Below, one piece after another: positions 27,514 through 35,855 of a stretch of DNA of 64,000 nt (its first letter is position 1; each line of letters begins with the position of its first letter). Source of the DNA: Bacteroidia bacterium (GTDB lineage Bacteria; Bacteroidota; Bacteroidia; NS11-12g; UBA955); NCBI GenBank assembly GCA_044224315.1, contig JBGAKR010000002.1, forward strand, positions 464,464-528,463. Direction: 5' to 3'. The position numbers and the translations under genes were made by a program. The notes beneath the pieces were generated by a model. It was not told the DNA's origin and did not search any database. It saw only the letters and a list, made by a program, of their open reading frames with translations.

Positions 27514-28512
27514 TCAGTTTGTTAAAAATATTGTAATTTCTTCTAAATAAAATAGCCAGTCATAATTTAAGGCATAGACTAATTTAAATTTCCTTCTTAA
27601 GTCATAATCTGCTCCAACTAAATAAACAGGTCGATTTATTTTGTTTAGTGAATTGGTTGATACGAATATTCCCTCATTCGGTATTTGTCCTAAATGCAAT
27701 CCCTTCTTTTGAGAATTTCGGACATTCCCATTTGTAATTACGCGAATAGCTTTTGAGTCATTCCCTATTGTTAAGAATTCATCGGAATAATTTCTTTTCA
27801 AATAGTATCCTAAATTTTTTGGAAGGTATGGGTTGTTATTAGCCAAGTGTCCACAATGACCAAATATTATATATTTTATAGCTTTTTCAGTCGAGATATT
27901 TTCTTGAATGAATTCAAACATTAAGGAATCCCTAATTTTGTCCCCATATTTTCTCCGAAACTTAAGGTAGGTTAAATCATAGTGCAATTGATTAATGCTC
28001 GTTTGAAAGATGGGTTCTTTAGTTGTTGCTTTTAACAAATATAGTTGTTGCAATATACTGTCATATTGATTTTGTTCCAAAGAATACCAATAGAAAGCTT
28101 CATTAGAATCTAATTTGCTCAAGATACCCGAAATATTCTGTAATAGTTGAGGGTTGTAATTAGCAAGTTGTTTTTTTACCATTTGAAATGACGCATAGAG
28201 GCTACCTGGATTATAGCCTATTAATTTAATAGTAGAATCGAATAAGTTTATTTCATTTGCAATTTTGTTTTTTTTCAAATACAAATTATTAGATTCAAAA
28301 AATATAGTACCGATTGTATAATATTTCTGCAATTCCTTAACAAACGACAATTGAGCTTTTGCTAGTTGATCAGACCCATGTACACATTCACAAAAACAGA
28401 TTATTCTTGAACTATCGATGTTTTTCACCAAAGATGCCGGAAACTTAGGGGATTGACATCTACCAGATACAAAGAATATTTGAAATACAAGCATTACCAC
28501 TATCTTTCTCAT
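27514..28512 (-). CDS. hypothetical secreted protein; weak resemblance to the Tiki/erythromycin-esterase/ChaN superfamily
   Basis: 332 aa with a signal peptide, AT-rich. CECVHGS near the N-terminus and IIFGHCGHLANN near the middle loosely recall the GE-x-HG and H-x-x-H segments of erythromycin-esterase-like proteins. Very tentative. Confidence 0.45.
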   Translation of the reverse strand: MRKIVVMLVFQIFFVSGRCQSPKFPASLVKNIDSSRIICFCECVHGSDQLAKAQLSFVKELQKYYTIGTIFFESNNLYLKKNKIANEINLFDSTIKLIGYNPGSLYASFQMVKKQLANYNPQLLQNISGILSKLDSNEAFYWYSLEQNQYDSILQQLYLLKATTKEPIFQTSINQLHYDLTYLKFRRKYGDKIRDSLMFEFIQENISTEKAIKYIIFGHCGHLANNNPYLPKNLGYYLKRNYSDEFLTIGNDSKAIRVITNGNVRNSQKKGLHLGQIPNEGIFVSTNSLNKINRPVYLVGADYDLRRKFKLVYALNYDWLFYLEEITIFLTN

Positions 28513-28693
28513 GTCAGTATATAAAGTGTATTATTTTGGGGATTTTCACTGATTGCTTGTAACTCTTTTATTACCACTACAATATAGGCATGACACCCTA
28601 GTTTTGGGTTGACATGCACGATTCAGTGGCGTATTATTTTCAAATATAGAAAAATTATGCATTCAACCCCATTATCCTATTTACTTAACTAAA

Positions 28694-29675
28694 AATCGAG
28701 GTTCGCTATCACGAAATCTAGGTTCGCAACCCCAAAATCGAGGTTCATTACCCCGAAATCCTGGTTCAGAACCCCGAAATCTAGGTTCCCTACCCCGAAA
28801 TCTAGGTTCGGAGCCTCGAAATCCAGGTTCCCTACCCCGAAATCTAGGTTCACAACCTCAAAATCCAGGTTCAGAACCCCAAAATCTAGGTTCGCTACCC
28901 CGAAATCCCGGTTCGCTACCTCGAAATCTAGGTTCCCTACCCCAAAATCTAGGTCCCCTACCTCAAAATCTAGGTTCGCTACCTCAAAATCCTAGTTCGG
29001 AACCTCGAAATCCAGGTTCTCTACCTCAAAATCCAGGTTCTCTACCTCAAAATCTAGGTTCGCTACCTCGAAATCCTGGTTCGGAACCTCAAAATCTAGG
29101 TTCTCTACCTCGAAATCTAGGTTCGCTACCCCAAAATCCAGGTTCCCGACCTCGAAATCGAGGTTCGCTACCTCGAAATCCAGGTTCTCTACCTCGAAAT
29201 CGAGGTTCGCTACGTCGAAATCTAGGTTCACAACCCCGAAATCGAGGTTCGCAACCTCGAAATCTAGGTTCCCTACCTCGAAATCGAGGTTCCCTACCTC
29301 GAAATCCAGGTTCCCTACCTCGAAATCCAGGTTCACAACCTCGAAATCCAGGTTCACAACCTCAAAATCCAGGTTAGCTACCCCGAAATCTAGGTCCGGA
29401 ACCTCGAAATTCAGGTTCCCTACCCCGAAATCCAGGTTCGCTACCTCGAAATCCAGTCCGCCGCATTTCCAATGGGCGGACGCTACCTCGAAATCCAGGT
29501 TCCCTACCCCGAAATCCAGGTTCATAACCTCAAAATCTAGGTTCGCTACCTAGAAATCTACGTCCGGAACCTCAAAATCTAGGTCCGGAACCCCGAAATC
29601 CAGGTTCGCTACCTCGAAATCTAGGTTCGTTACCTCGAAATCTAGGTTCGCTACCTCAAAATCTAGGTTCACAAC
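28694..29675. repeat. 21-bp tandem satellite, about 46 units (consensus CGAAATCYAGGTTCSCTACCY)
   Basis: A regular 21-nt period is visible throughout, with variable positions. One unit (29456-29481) is interrupted by a REP-like hairpin. The only open frame is a partial 177-aa NLDFEV(A/G) artefact on the minus strand. Confidence 0.9.
29456..29481. repeat. REP-like hairpin GTCCGCC-N12-GGCGGAC inserted in the satellite
   Basis: GTCCGCCGCATTTCCAATGGGCGGAC replaces the GTT of a satellite unit. Confidence 0.75.
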
Positions 29676-29682
29676 CTCAAAC

Positions 29683-29866
29683 GAGGTTAGAGTTATGAGG
29701 TACGAGGTTAGAGTTAGCTGTGTCGCGGGCTAGGAAATCCAGTCCGCCGTATTTCCAATGGGTGGACGGAAGCCCAATCAAGGTTAGAGGTAAGAGGTAC
29801 GAAGTTAGAGTTAGCTGTCGCGGTCAAGGAAATCCAGTCCGCTGCATTTCCAACGGGCGGACGGAA
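29683..29866. repeat. two direct copies of a 90-95 bp module (heptamer run GAGGTTA/GAGTTAT/GAGGTAC... plus a REP-like hairpin)
   Basis: Copy 1 is 29683-29771 and copy 2 is 29780-29866. Each ends in GGAAATCCAGTCCGCYGYATTTCCAAYGGGYGGACGGAA, with hairpins at 29742-29767 and 29837-29862. Confidence 0.8.
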
Positions 29867-30114
29867 CCTCATGCGAGTTACGAGTTTAGGGTTACGGGTT
29901 TAGGGTTTAGGGTTACGACTTGACCGACTGCTTCTGTAGGGGAGGTAAGAGTGCATAGTCGCAGCAAAGAAATCCACCTCCTACACAATTTATAAAGCAG
30001 ACGGACAATAATTCAACTAATCAAACCAATTAACAATCAACGAATCCTCTATTCGACCAATATACCAATCAACTAATCAACAAATCCATCCAATCCACTA
30101 ACTTTACACCCCCA

Positions 30115-31617
30115 ATGCGCTTCATCATTTGCATACTGCTTAGCCTGGCTGCCACAGCCGTCAAAGGGCAAACCAGCCTTGGCGGTTTTATTAAATACAG
30201 CCTCCGTCCGGAAGGGGAAACCACTTTTAAAAACAGCCCACAATGGGTGCTGGAGTACAGTTGTTTTAACCAGAAATCGGTATTTCAAACCCTGGGAAAC
30301 GGACTAAACGGCGGAGGCGTTATTCAACAGGCATTGCCAGCCGGATTTGAGCTGCACGGCATTACCCTGCACATCTATGCCGATAGCTTGCACCACAGCA
30401 TTAAACTCAACGAAAATACGCTGGATGCTGGCCCCTGTGAGGGTTGGAACCTGGGTGGCTTCCATAAGAAAACCCTTTTGGAAGGCGGACGACTGCAACA
30501 ATTTACAGCCGATGTACGCTTACAGATCAAAGCGGTAAAATCGCAAGCAGAATACAACTTGCAGCGCCGGGGCGGATTGTTTAGCAGACCCAACGACATT
30601 TTTTGCATACCTGGCTCAACCCCGCAAGACCCTGAATTTGTATTGGAAGCACCCTGCCCCTTGCGTTTTATGAATGACGCCAGCTCATTGAAATGGTATG
30701 AAAGCGCCGACGGAAAAAACTGGCAATTTGTGGATACGGGTTATGAAATGAGTCCGGTGAAATACAGTTACAAGGGTGGTGTTTTTTACAACCAAAAACG
30801 CTGGTACAAGGTGGTGGCCGACAATGCCGTAAATGGCCAAAAAGATTTTGCTTCGAATGTGTACGGTCCGGTAAATTTTTATCTGGGCATGCAAATCGAC
30901 AGCATCCAAACCCGGGGGCAAAATGATGTGCAGGTATACTTTCAAAACAGTACGTTTTTGCAAAACAATTACGGCCCCCGCATCTGGATCAGGCCCTTGC
31001 TTTCTGAAGGGAATGCCATTGTATGGTATCGCATGGCCAATGCCGGACCCTCGCCCGTATCGCTGAACAACCGCGTGTGGGTGCTGGAAAACGGAGAACA
31101 AACTTCCCTGGTTTTAAATAAGGGAATGTACGAATTGCGCATTGATTTTACACCCTGGAATAATTTAGACTGTAAGCTGCAATACAGCGTATTTACCCTG
31201 GAAAATGATTTAATTCAAACTGAGCAAATATTGGTAAGTGAACAATTAAAAACTGCTTTAAAATTTAAATTAAAAGAATTGGAATCCGCAAGGCCCGTGC
31301 TCATCGGTGGCGATTCTGTTTCAACCATTAAAACCAAAAAATCGCGTCATAAAAATATATTAATTCAGCAATTTACCGCCCAACCCAATCCCAACGACGG
31401 ACAGAATTATACCATCGTAGTAAAACTCAGCAAACCCGCCCCCATCCGCATTTACAAAATCGACCCCGTAACCGGCATTGTGTTGGGAATGCAGGAATAT
31501 GCGCAGGAAAAAGAATTTTATTTAAATACATTCCGCACCGATAAAGAAGGGGTATTTTATTTGAAATTGGTGGCTGAGAATGAGAGTTCGGTGATTAAGG
31601 TAATTGCAGTGAACTGA
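30115..31617 (+). CDS. secreted protein with a T9SS type-A C-terminal sorting domain; paralogue of the 720-aa protein at 43932-46094
   Basis: Signal peptide. The core segment PCPLRFMNDASSLKWYESADGKNWQFVDTGYE...YNQKRWYKV...GPVNFYLGMQIDSI...NNYGPRIW aligns with the 720-aa protein. The C-terminus QPNPNDGQNYTIVVKL...IYKIDPVTG...GVFYLKLV...IKVIAVN is Por_Secre_tail-like. Confidence 0.7.
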   Translation: MRFIICILLSLAATAVKGQTSLGGFIKYSLRPEGETTFKNSPQWVLEYSCFNQKSVFQTLGNGLNGGGVIQQALPAGFELHGITLHIYADSLHHSIKLNENTLDAGPCEGWNLGGFHKKTLLEGGRLQQFTADVRLQIKAVKSQAEYNLQRRGGLFSRPNDIFCIPGSTPQDPEFVLEAPCPLRFMNDASSLKWYESADGKNWQFVDTGYEMSPVKYSYKGGVFYNQKRWYKVVADNAVNGQKDFASNVYGPVNFYLGMQIDSIQTRGQNDVQVYFQNSTFLQNNYGPRIWIRPLLSEGNAIVWYRMANAGPSPVSLNNRVWVLENGEQTSLVLNKGMYELRIDFTPWNNLDCKLQYSVFTLENDLIQTEQILVSEQLKTALKFKLKELESARPVLIGGDSVSTIKTKKSRHKNILIQQFTAQPNPNDGQNYTIVVKLSKPAPIRIYKIDPVTGIVLGMQEYAQEKEFYLNTFRTDKEGVFYLKLVAENESSVIKVIAVN

Positions 31618-31700
31618 CAGCCGAAGAACAGCCGAAAGACAGCCGACGGGCAGCCGATATCGGATTTCGGATCTTGGATCTTGGATTTCGGGAACAGCCT

Positions 31701-31743
31701 TTTCAAACTTTTCCAAAGTTTTCACCTTTGGAAAAGTTTGAAA
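31701..31743. terminator. perfect 17-18 bp stem hairpin between convergent genes (bidirectional terminator candidate)
   Basis: TTCAAACTTTTCCAAAG-TTTTCAC-CTTTGGAAAAGTTTGAA, between the 3' ends of 30115-31617 (+) and 31858-32310 (-). Confidence 0.6.
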
Positions 31744-31857
31744 TATCGTAAAGCGCCGATTTCGGATATCGGATTTTGGATATCTGATATCTGATATCTG
31801 ATATCCGTTATCCGGCATCTGCTATCTGCTATCTGATATCTGCCCTCCGAAACCAAA

Positions 31858-32310
31858 CTAGTTGCAATGACGCATGGCGAAGAGGAAGATCCGAATTACT
31901 AATATTACAACGAGAATGATGGTCCAGGTTGGGATTTTGGCATTGTTGGCTGAATTGGGGTTGGGATACGGCGCCAGGGGTATTACCGGGGGTGCCGCTA
32001 CAGGTTCTGGTTCCGGGGTTATTTCGGGTTCAGGAGCATGGTCTTTAGGATCATAGCGAAAACGGTTCTCAAAATCATCGTCTTCACTTTGTTGCTGCGC
32101 GCCATGCAGGAGACCATGGTCTTCAAATATTTTGCGGGCGGTATCATAATCGCGCTTAAAAACTTTAATGCTAATTTCCTTGTTCATGCCCGGAATATTG
32201 GTATTATTCTGCTCTGTAACAGAGTGAATTCCGGCCTCTTCCAACAGGCTAGAGGCAAAAGATGCATCATGCGAAAAATTAAAAGTAATAGCAGTTACAA
32301 GTGGTTCCAT
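31858..32310 (-). CDS. DUF2007-like (putative signal-transducing) domain protein with a Pro-rich linker and C-terminal TM anchor
   Basis: 150 aa. The N-terminal approx. 70 aa are beta-alpha-beta-like (ASSLLEEAGIHS...KIFEDHGL). A PEPE/PP linker and a hydrophobic tail WTIILVVILVIRIFLF follow. Confidence 0.5.
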   Translation of the reverse strand: MEPLVTAITFNFSHDASFASSLLEEAGIHSVTEQNNTNIPGMNKEISIKVFKRDYDTARKIFEDHGLLHGAQQQSEDDDFENRFRYDPKDHAPEPEITPEPEPVAAPPVIPLAPYPNPNSANNAKIPTWTIILVVILVIRIFLFAMRHCN

Positions 32311-32409
32311 TTATACAAATCTAACGAAATAAACTTTCGCATTCATCGGATTTTGAAATCGATTATATCCGGATACTCTAAAATAAAAATTCTGAATTAT
32401 CTTCGCCCA

Positions 32410-32895
32410 ATGGCCCTGCAAAAAACCACACGCTACCTGCTCATTGCACTGGTGATTGTCACCAACATTGGTTGCGACCAGATATCCAAAACCATGGTGC
32501 GCAAAAAAATTGAGTATGGGCAGGAAATACCGGTAATAGACCAGCACATTACCCTTACCCGGGTTGAAAATAAGGGGGCTTTTTTGAGTCTGGGTTCCGA
32601 ATTGCCCGGCGCTTTTCACACCTTTGCCATGCTCATTTTGCCCTTACTCATACTGGGTGCAGGTACCGTTTTTGTTTTTACCCGCAAAAACATTTCAGGC
32701 TTATTTGTAACCGGTGCAGCCTTTTTATTGGGAGGCGGAATCGGCAATCTATACGACCGTTTTGCCTTTGGCAGTGTTACCGATTTTCTGCATCTGCAAG
32801 CCGGCGGACTCCAAACCGGCGTCTTCAATATGGCCGACGTCTCCATCATGATAGGCACCGGCCTGGTGTTAATCTCCTCCTTCCGCCGCCCCTAA
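32410..32895 (+). CDS. lspA: lipoprotein signal peptidase (signal peptidase II)
   Basis: Segments DQISK, NKGAFLSLG, GGGIGNLYDR, VTDFL and FNMADVSI. The ATG at 32410 is chosen because the track ORF from 32038 is an antisense-overlapping extension. Confidence 0.8.
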   Translation: MALQKTTRYLLIALVIVTNIGCDQISKTMVRKKIEYGQEIPVIDQHITLTRVENKGAFLSLGSELPGAFHTFAMLILPLLILGAGTVFVFTRKNISGLFVTGAAFLLGGGIGNLYDRFAFGSVTDFLHLQAGGLQTGVFNMADVSIMIGTGLVLISSFRRP

Positions 32896-33071
32896 CCCCA
32901 GCAGCCATGCATACCCCAAACCCCTCCACGACCATGGCTGTTGCTATTCCCCATTCCCCGCCTCAAAAGCAGTCGGGCAAGCCTATACCCTATTCCTCCG
33001 CAACCACTTGTCGGTGCCTGAAATATGTTGACCGTTTTTAAGGACAAAACCAACTTTAAAAACAAAAACAT

Positions 33072-33485
33072 ATGGCAACCCGAGAACAATTTGAATTAAG
33101 CTCTGCAGAACGCAGAAAAAGGATTTTCAGTACAGACTTTAAACGAAAAAAAGTCAGGGAGATTGAACTAAAACAAACGACGGTATTAGAGGTCAGCAAG
33201 GCCTATCAGGTGCGCCAAGCTAATGTGTACCGTTGGCTTGAGAAGTATGGTAAATCTTATAAAAAAAGCGTACGTTTGATAGTAGAAATGGAAAGCGACA
33301 CCAAACAACTGCTGGACCTGAAGGCTAAAATTGCAGAACTGGAGAGGATTGTGGGACAAAAACAATTGACCATTGACTTCCAGGCCAAAATGATTGATTT
33401 AGCCGAGGAGGTTTATGGTGTGGATATAAAAAAAAAATTCGAGAGCAAACCACCATCTATTTCTGGCAACACAGAGAACAGCTAA
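33072..33485 (+). CDS. IS3-family transposase OrfA (HTH/leucine-zipper part)
   Basis: 137 aa with HTH segments (EVSKAYQVRQANVYRWL) and a coiled-coil LLDLKAKIAELERIV. Confidence 0.8.
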   Translation: MATREQFELSSAERRKRIFSTDFKRKKVREIELKQTTVLEVSKAYQVRQANVYRWLEKYGKSYKKSVRLIVEMESDTKQLLDLKAKIAELERIVGQKQLTIDFQAKMIDLAEEVYGVDIKKKFESKPPSISGNTENS

Positions 33486-33544
33486 AATGTAGCCTGAACA
33501 CATTTTACAAAGCAATTTCAACAAGCAAACAGGCACTACATCAA

Positions 33545-34291
33545 TTGCTTAACCGACGTTTAAAAATGGAGGAAGAAAACACCTATCTCATTGACATCGT
33601 AAGGCAGATTCGCAAAGATCACGCAACAATGAACAGCCGGGCCATGTATTACAAAATTAAACCACAAAGTATTGGACGAGATAAGTTTGAGGCACTTTGC
33701 AGAGACTGGGGCTTTTTAACTTCAAAGCCGGTCAATTATCGCAGAACAACTTATAGCAACGGCGTTATACGATTCGATAATTTGCTGGCTAGCGCAAAAC
33801 TCAGTAGTATTAACCAGGCCTTTGTAAGCGATATCACGTATTATGAATTAATCCGGTTTTATTACATCACATTTATTCTGGACGCATATTCCAGGTATAT
33901 AGTCGGCTATAGTGTATCAGACCGCCTTACCACAGAAAGCACCACATTGCCAGCGCTGCAAATGGCTATCAAGTATAGAAAAACACTACCAGAAAACATC
34001 ATCTTTCACTCAGATGGTGGAGGTCAATACTATGACAAGGATTTCCTTGCCCTGACTGAGAAATACAAGTTCAGAAATAGCATGTGCGAGTATCCGCAAG
34101 ACAATGGAGTTGCAGAAAGAATCAACGGCGTTATCAAAAACAATTACTTAAAACATTGGAAAACTACCTCTTATGCGCAACTAGTGAAAAATGTTGACCG
34201 GGCAGTGACCCTTTACAACAATGAAAAACCACACAAATTTCTCAAATATAGAACCCCTTTGGAGATTGAAATTGAACAATTACATTTGTAA
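33545..34291 (+). CDS. IS3-family transposase OrfB (rve/DDE integrase core); probably made as an OrfAB fusion by -1 frameshifting
   Basis: DDE triad context: FVSDITYY, FHSDGGGQY and NGVAERINGVIK. I checked that the -1 frame is open from the A-run (33434) to 33545. Confidence 0.8.
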   Translation: MLNRRLKMEEENTYLIDIVRQIRKDHATMNSRAMYYKIKPQSIGRDKFEALCRDWGFLTSKPVNYRRTTYSNGVIRFDNLLASAKLSSINQAFVSDITYYELIRFYYITFILDAYSRYIVGYSVSDRLTTESTTLPALQMAIKYRKTLPENIIFHSDGGGQYYDKDFLALTEKYKFRNSMCEYPQDNGVAERINGVIKNNYLKHWKTTSYAQLVKNVDRAVTLYNNEKPHKFLKYRTPLEIEIEQLHL

Positions 34292-34496
34292 GGCAAACAA
34301 AGCCGAGGATGACAGAGTCATTTGACGCAAAATTCAATTAAAAGGGGCATTTAGCCCCATTTAATTGAGCAAACAAAGCCTCCGAATCAAGATGTATTCT
34401 CTGCAAAAGTCTACAAGGAGACGAGAGGCAAAACGGTCAACGTTATTCAGGCATCAACAACTATTCCCCATTCCCTATACCCCATTCCCCAAAAAA

Positions 34497-35327
34497 ATGC
34501 TTTGCATTTTTTATAACCCTTATGCAGGCCGTTACCGCGATTCGCACATCGAATCCATGGAACAACAAGCCAAACAAGTTTTTGGTGCTTGCAGGGTTAT
34601 TAATGATGTAAAAGAACTGGCACAAATCCACCATTCGCATATCATTATTACAGGCGGCGACGGAACGGTACATATTGCAGTAAATACCGCCGACCTCGAA
34701 ACCAATACATTTTCAATTGTAGCTTTAGGCAGTGGCAATGATTTTATCAAGAATTTTAAACGACAAAAATTTCCGGCATTGTTGCAATCTATTAAAACCC
34801 AAAAAGCCAGTCCGGTAGACCTCATTCAAATCAACGAACACAAAGCCGCAGTGCTTGCAGGCATTGGTTTCGACGCGCATGTATCTAACGCTGCCCACCA
34901 ACAAAAATGGAAAATTCCGGCTATTAAATACATCATTCCGGTAATGCGGCACATGTTTTTTTACAAGGGAATAAAAATGAAAATCACCGGCAGAGATTTG
35001 GAATATACAGGCCGGGTTTTTATGCTCTCCTGCGGCAACGGATTCAGGGCTGGTGGAGGTTTTAAGCTATATCCAAAAGCCAGAATCGACGATGGCAAAA
35101 TGGATGTTTTAATGATAGAACCCCCCACTTTTTGGCAGAAATTGAAATACGTATGGTTGGTTAATTTTGGCAAACATTTAAATTTAAAAATTGTAAAATA
35201 TGTACAAACCGATAAAATTTCCGTTGAATTGGAGCAAGAGGATTTTTACAATACCGATGGGGATGTATACCGCGCCAAACGCATGGACATCCGCATTCTA
35301 CCCGGGGCTATGCGGGTGATTATGTGA
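34497..35327 (+). CDS. diacylglycerol/lipid kinase catalytic-domain protein (YegS/LCB5-like)
   Basis: N-terminus MLCIFYNPYAG, nucleotide loop ITGGDGTVH and GSGNDF. The ATG at 34497 is chosen because the track start at 34365 lies inside the IS right end. Confidence 0.7.
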   Translation: MLCIFYNPYAGRYRDSHIESMEQQAKQVFGACRVINDVKELAQIHHSHIIITGGDGTVHIAVNTADLETNTFSIVALGSGNDFIKNFKRQKFPALLQSIKTQKASPVDLIQINEHKAAVLAGIGFDAHVSNAAHQQKWKIPAIKYIIPVMRHMFFYKGIKMKITGRDLEYTGRVFMLSCGNGFRAGGGFKLYPKARIDDGKMDVLMIEPPTFWQKLKYVWLVNFGKHLNLKIVKYVQTDKISVELEQEDFYNTDGDVYRAKRMDIRILPGAMRVIM

Positions 35328-35329
35328 GT

Positions 35330-35821
35330 TTATTTTTTATTCCAAACCATCACAAAATCATTCATAAAATACCCATCGCCAATATCAAAATCGGCTACTT
35401 TTTCAATTACAAATCCCAGCTTAAAATAAAAATTAATGGGCTTATAATTTTGCCGGTTTACCTGCAAGCGAATGCAATTTACTTGCGGAAACTTTTGCAA
35501 TAACAATTCAAATATCTGCGTGCCCATTCCCTTTCCATGCAGGTCAGTATCCAGATAAAATTTATGGATAAAATAACTGCTGTCTTCTTTTTGCGAAATG
35601 GATATAAAACCTACAGTTTCATTCTCAGATTTTACCAGAAAAAACTGCTGCCCTTCTGCCATTTGTAATTCCAATGCGGTGGCGTTATAAAGCTTGTTGA
35701 GCATATAATCTACTTGCACCTGCCCAATGATGGGTGGATAATGCACCTGCCAGATTTTGGTAGCCAGAGACTGGATTTGCGGAATATCGGCAAGGCTGGC
35801 TGTAAATAATTGTGGAATCAC
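35330..35821 (-). CDS. GNAT family N-acetyltransferase
   Basis: 163 aa with motif A LHGKGMGTQIF. Confidence 0.7.
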   Translation of the reverse strand: MIPQLFTASLADIPQIQSLATKIWQVHYPPIIGQVQVDYMLNKLYNATALELQMAEGQQFFLVKSENETVGFISISQKEDSSYFIHKFYLDTDLHGKGMGTQIFELLLQKFPQVNCIRLQVNRQNYKPINFYFKLGFVIEKVADFDIGDGYFMNDFVMVWNKK

Positions 35822-35855
35822 GGCCCAAATTTCTCAAATTTGCAGCGCATAACCA

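Larger units (their letters stand above)
33015..34453 (+). mobile_element. IS3-family insertion sequence, 1,439 bp, apparently intact
   Basis: Imperfect terminal inverted repeats: TGCCTGAAATATGTTGACCGTTTT at 33015 on the left, and the reverse complement of GCAAAACGGTCAACGTTATTCAGGCA ending at 34453 on the right. orfA and orfB are in the 0/-1 frame relationship, with an A10 slippery run at 33428-33437. Confidence 0.85.

Noticed and set aside
28992-29525. 177-aa ORF translating to NLDFEV(A/G/E) heptad-like repeats
   Set aside because: It is a by-product of the 21-bp satellite. The frame is open for only about half the array, it reads through the inserted REP hairpin, and it has no credible start context or signal.
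28694-29675. Could the regular short repeats be a CRISPR array?
   Set aside because: The units are contiguous 21-mers with no unique spacers between them. No cas genes or leader are present, and the period is too short.
29881-29915. TTTAGGG-type (plant-telomere-like) heptamers
   Set aside because: There are only 2-3 degenerate copies in the interior of a bacterial chromosome. They are one of many heptamer families here, so the resemblance is a coincidence.
32038-32409. N-terminal extension of the lspA ORF (285-aa version)
   Set aside because: The extension is antisense to the DUF2007-like gene (31858-32310) and has no LspA homology. The family-typical N-terminus begins at the ATG at 32410.
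34365-34496. Upstream start of the lipid-kinase ORF
   Set aside because: That stretch lies inside the IS3 right end. The kinase-like sequence begins at MLCIFYNPYAG (34497).
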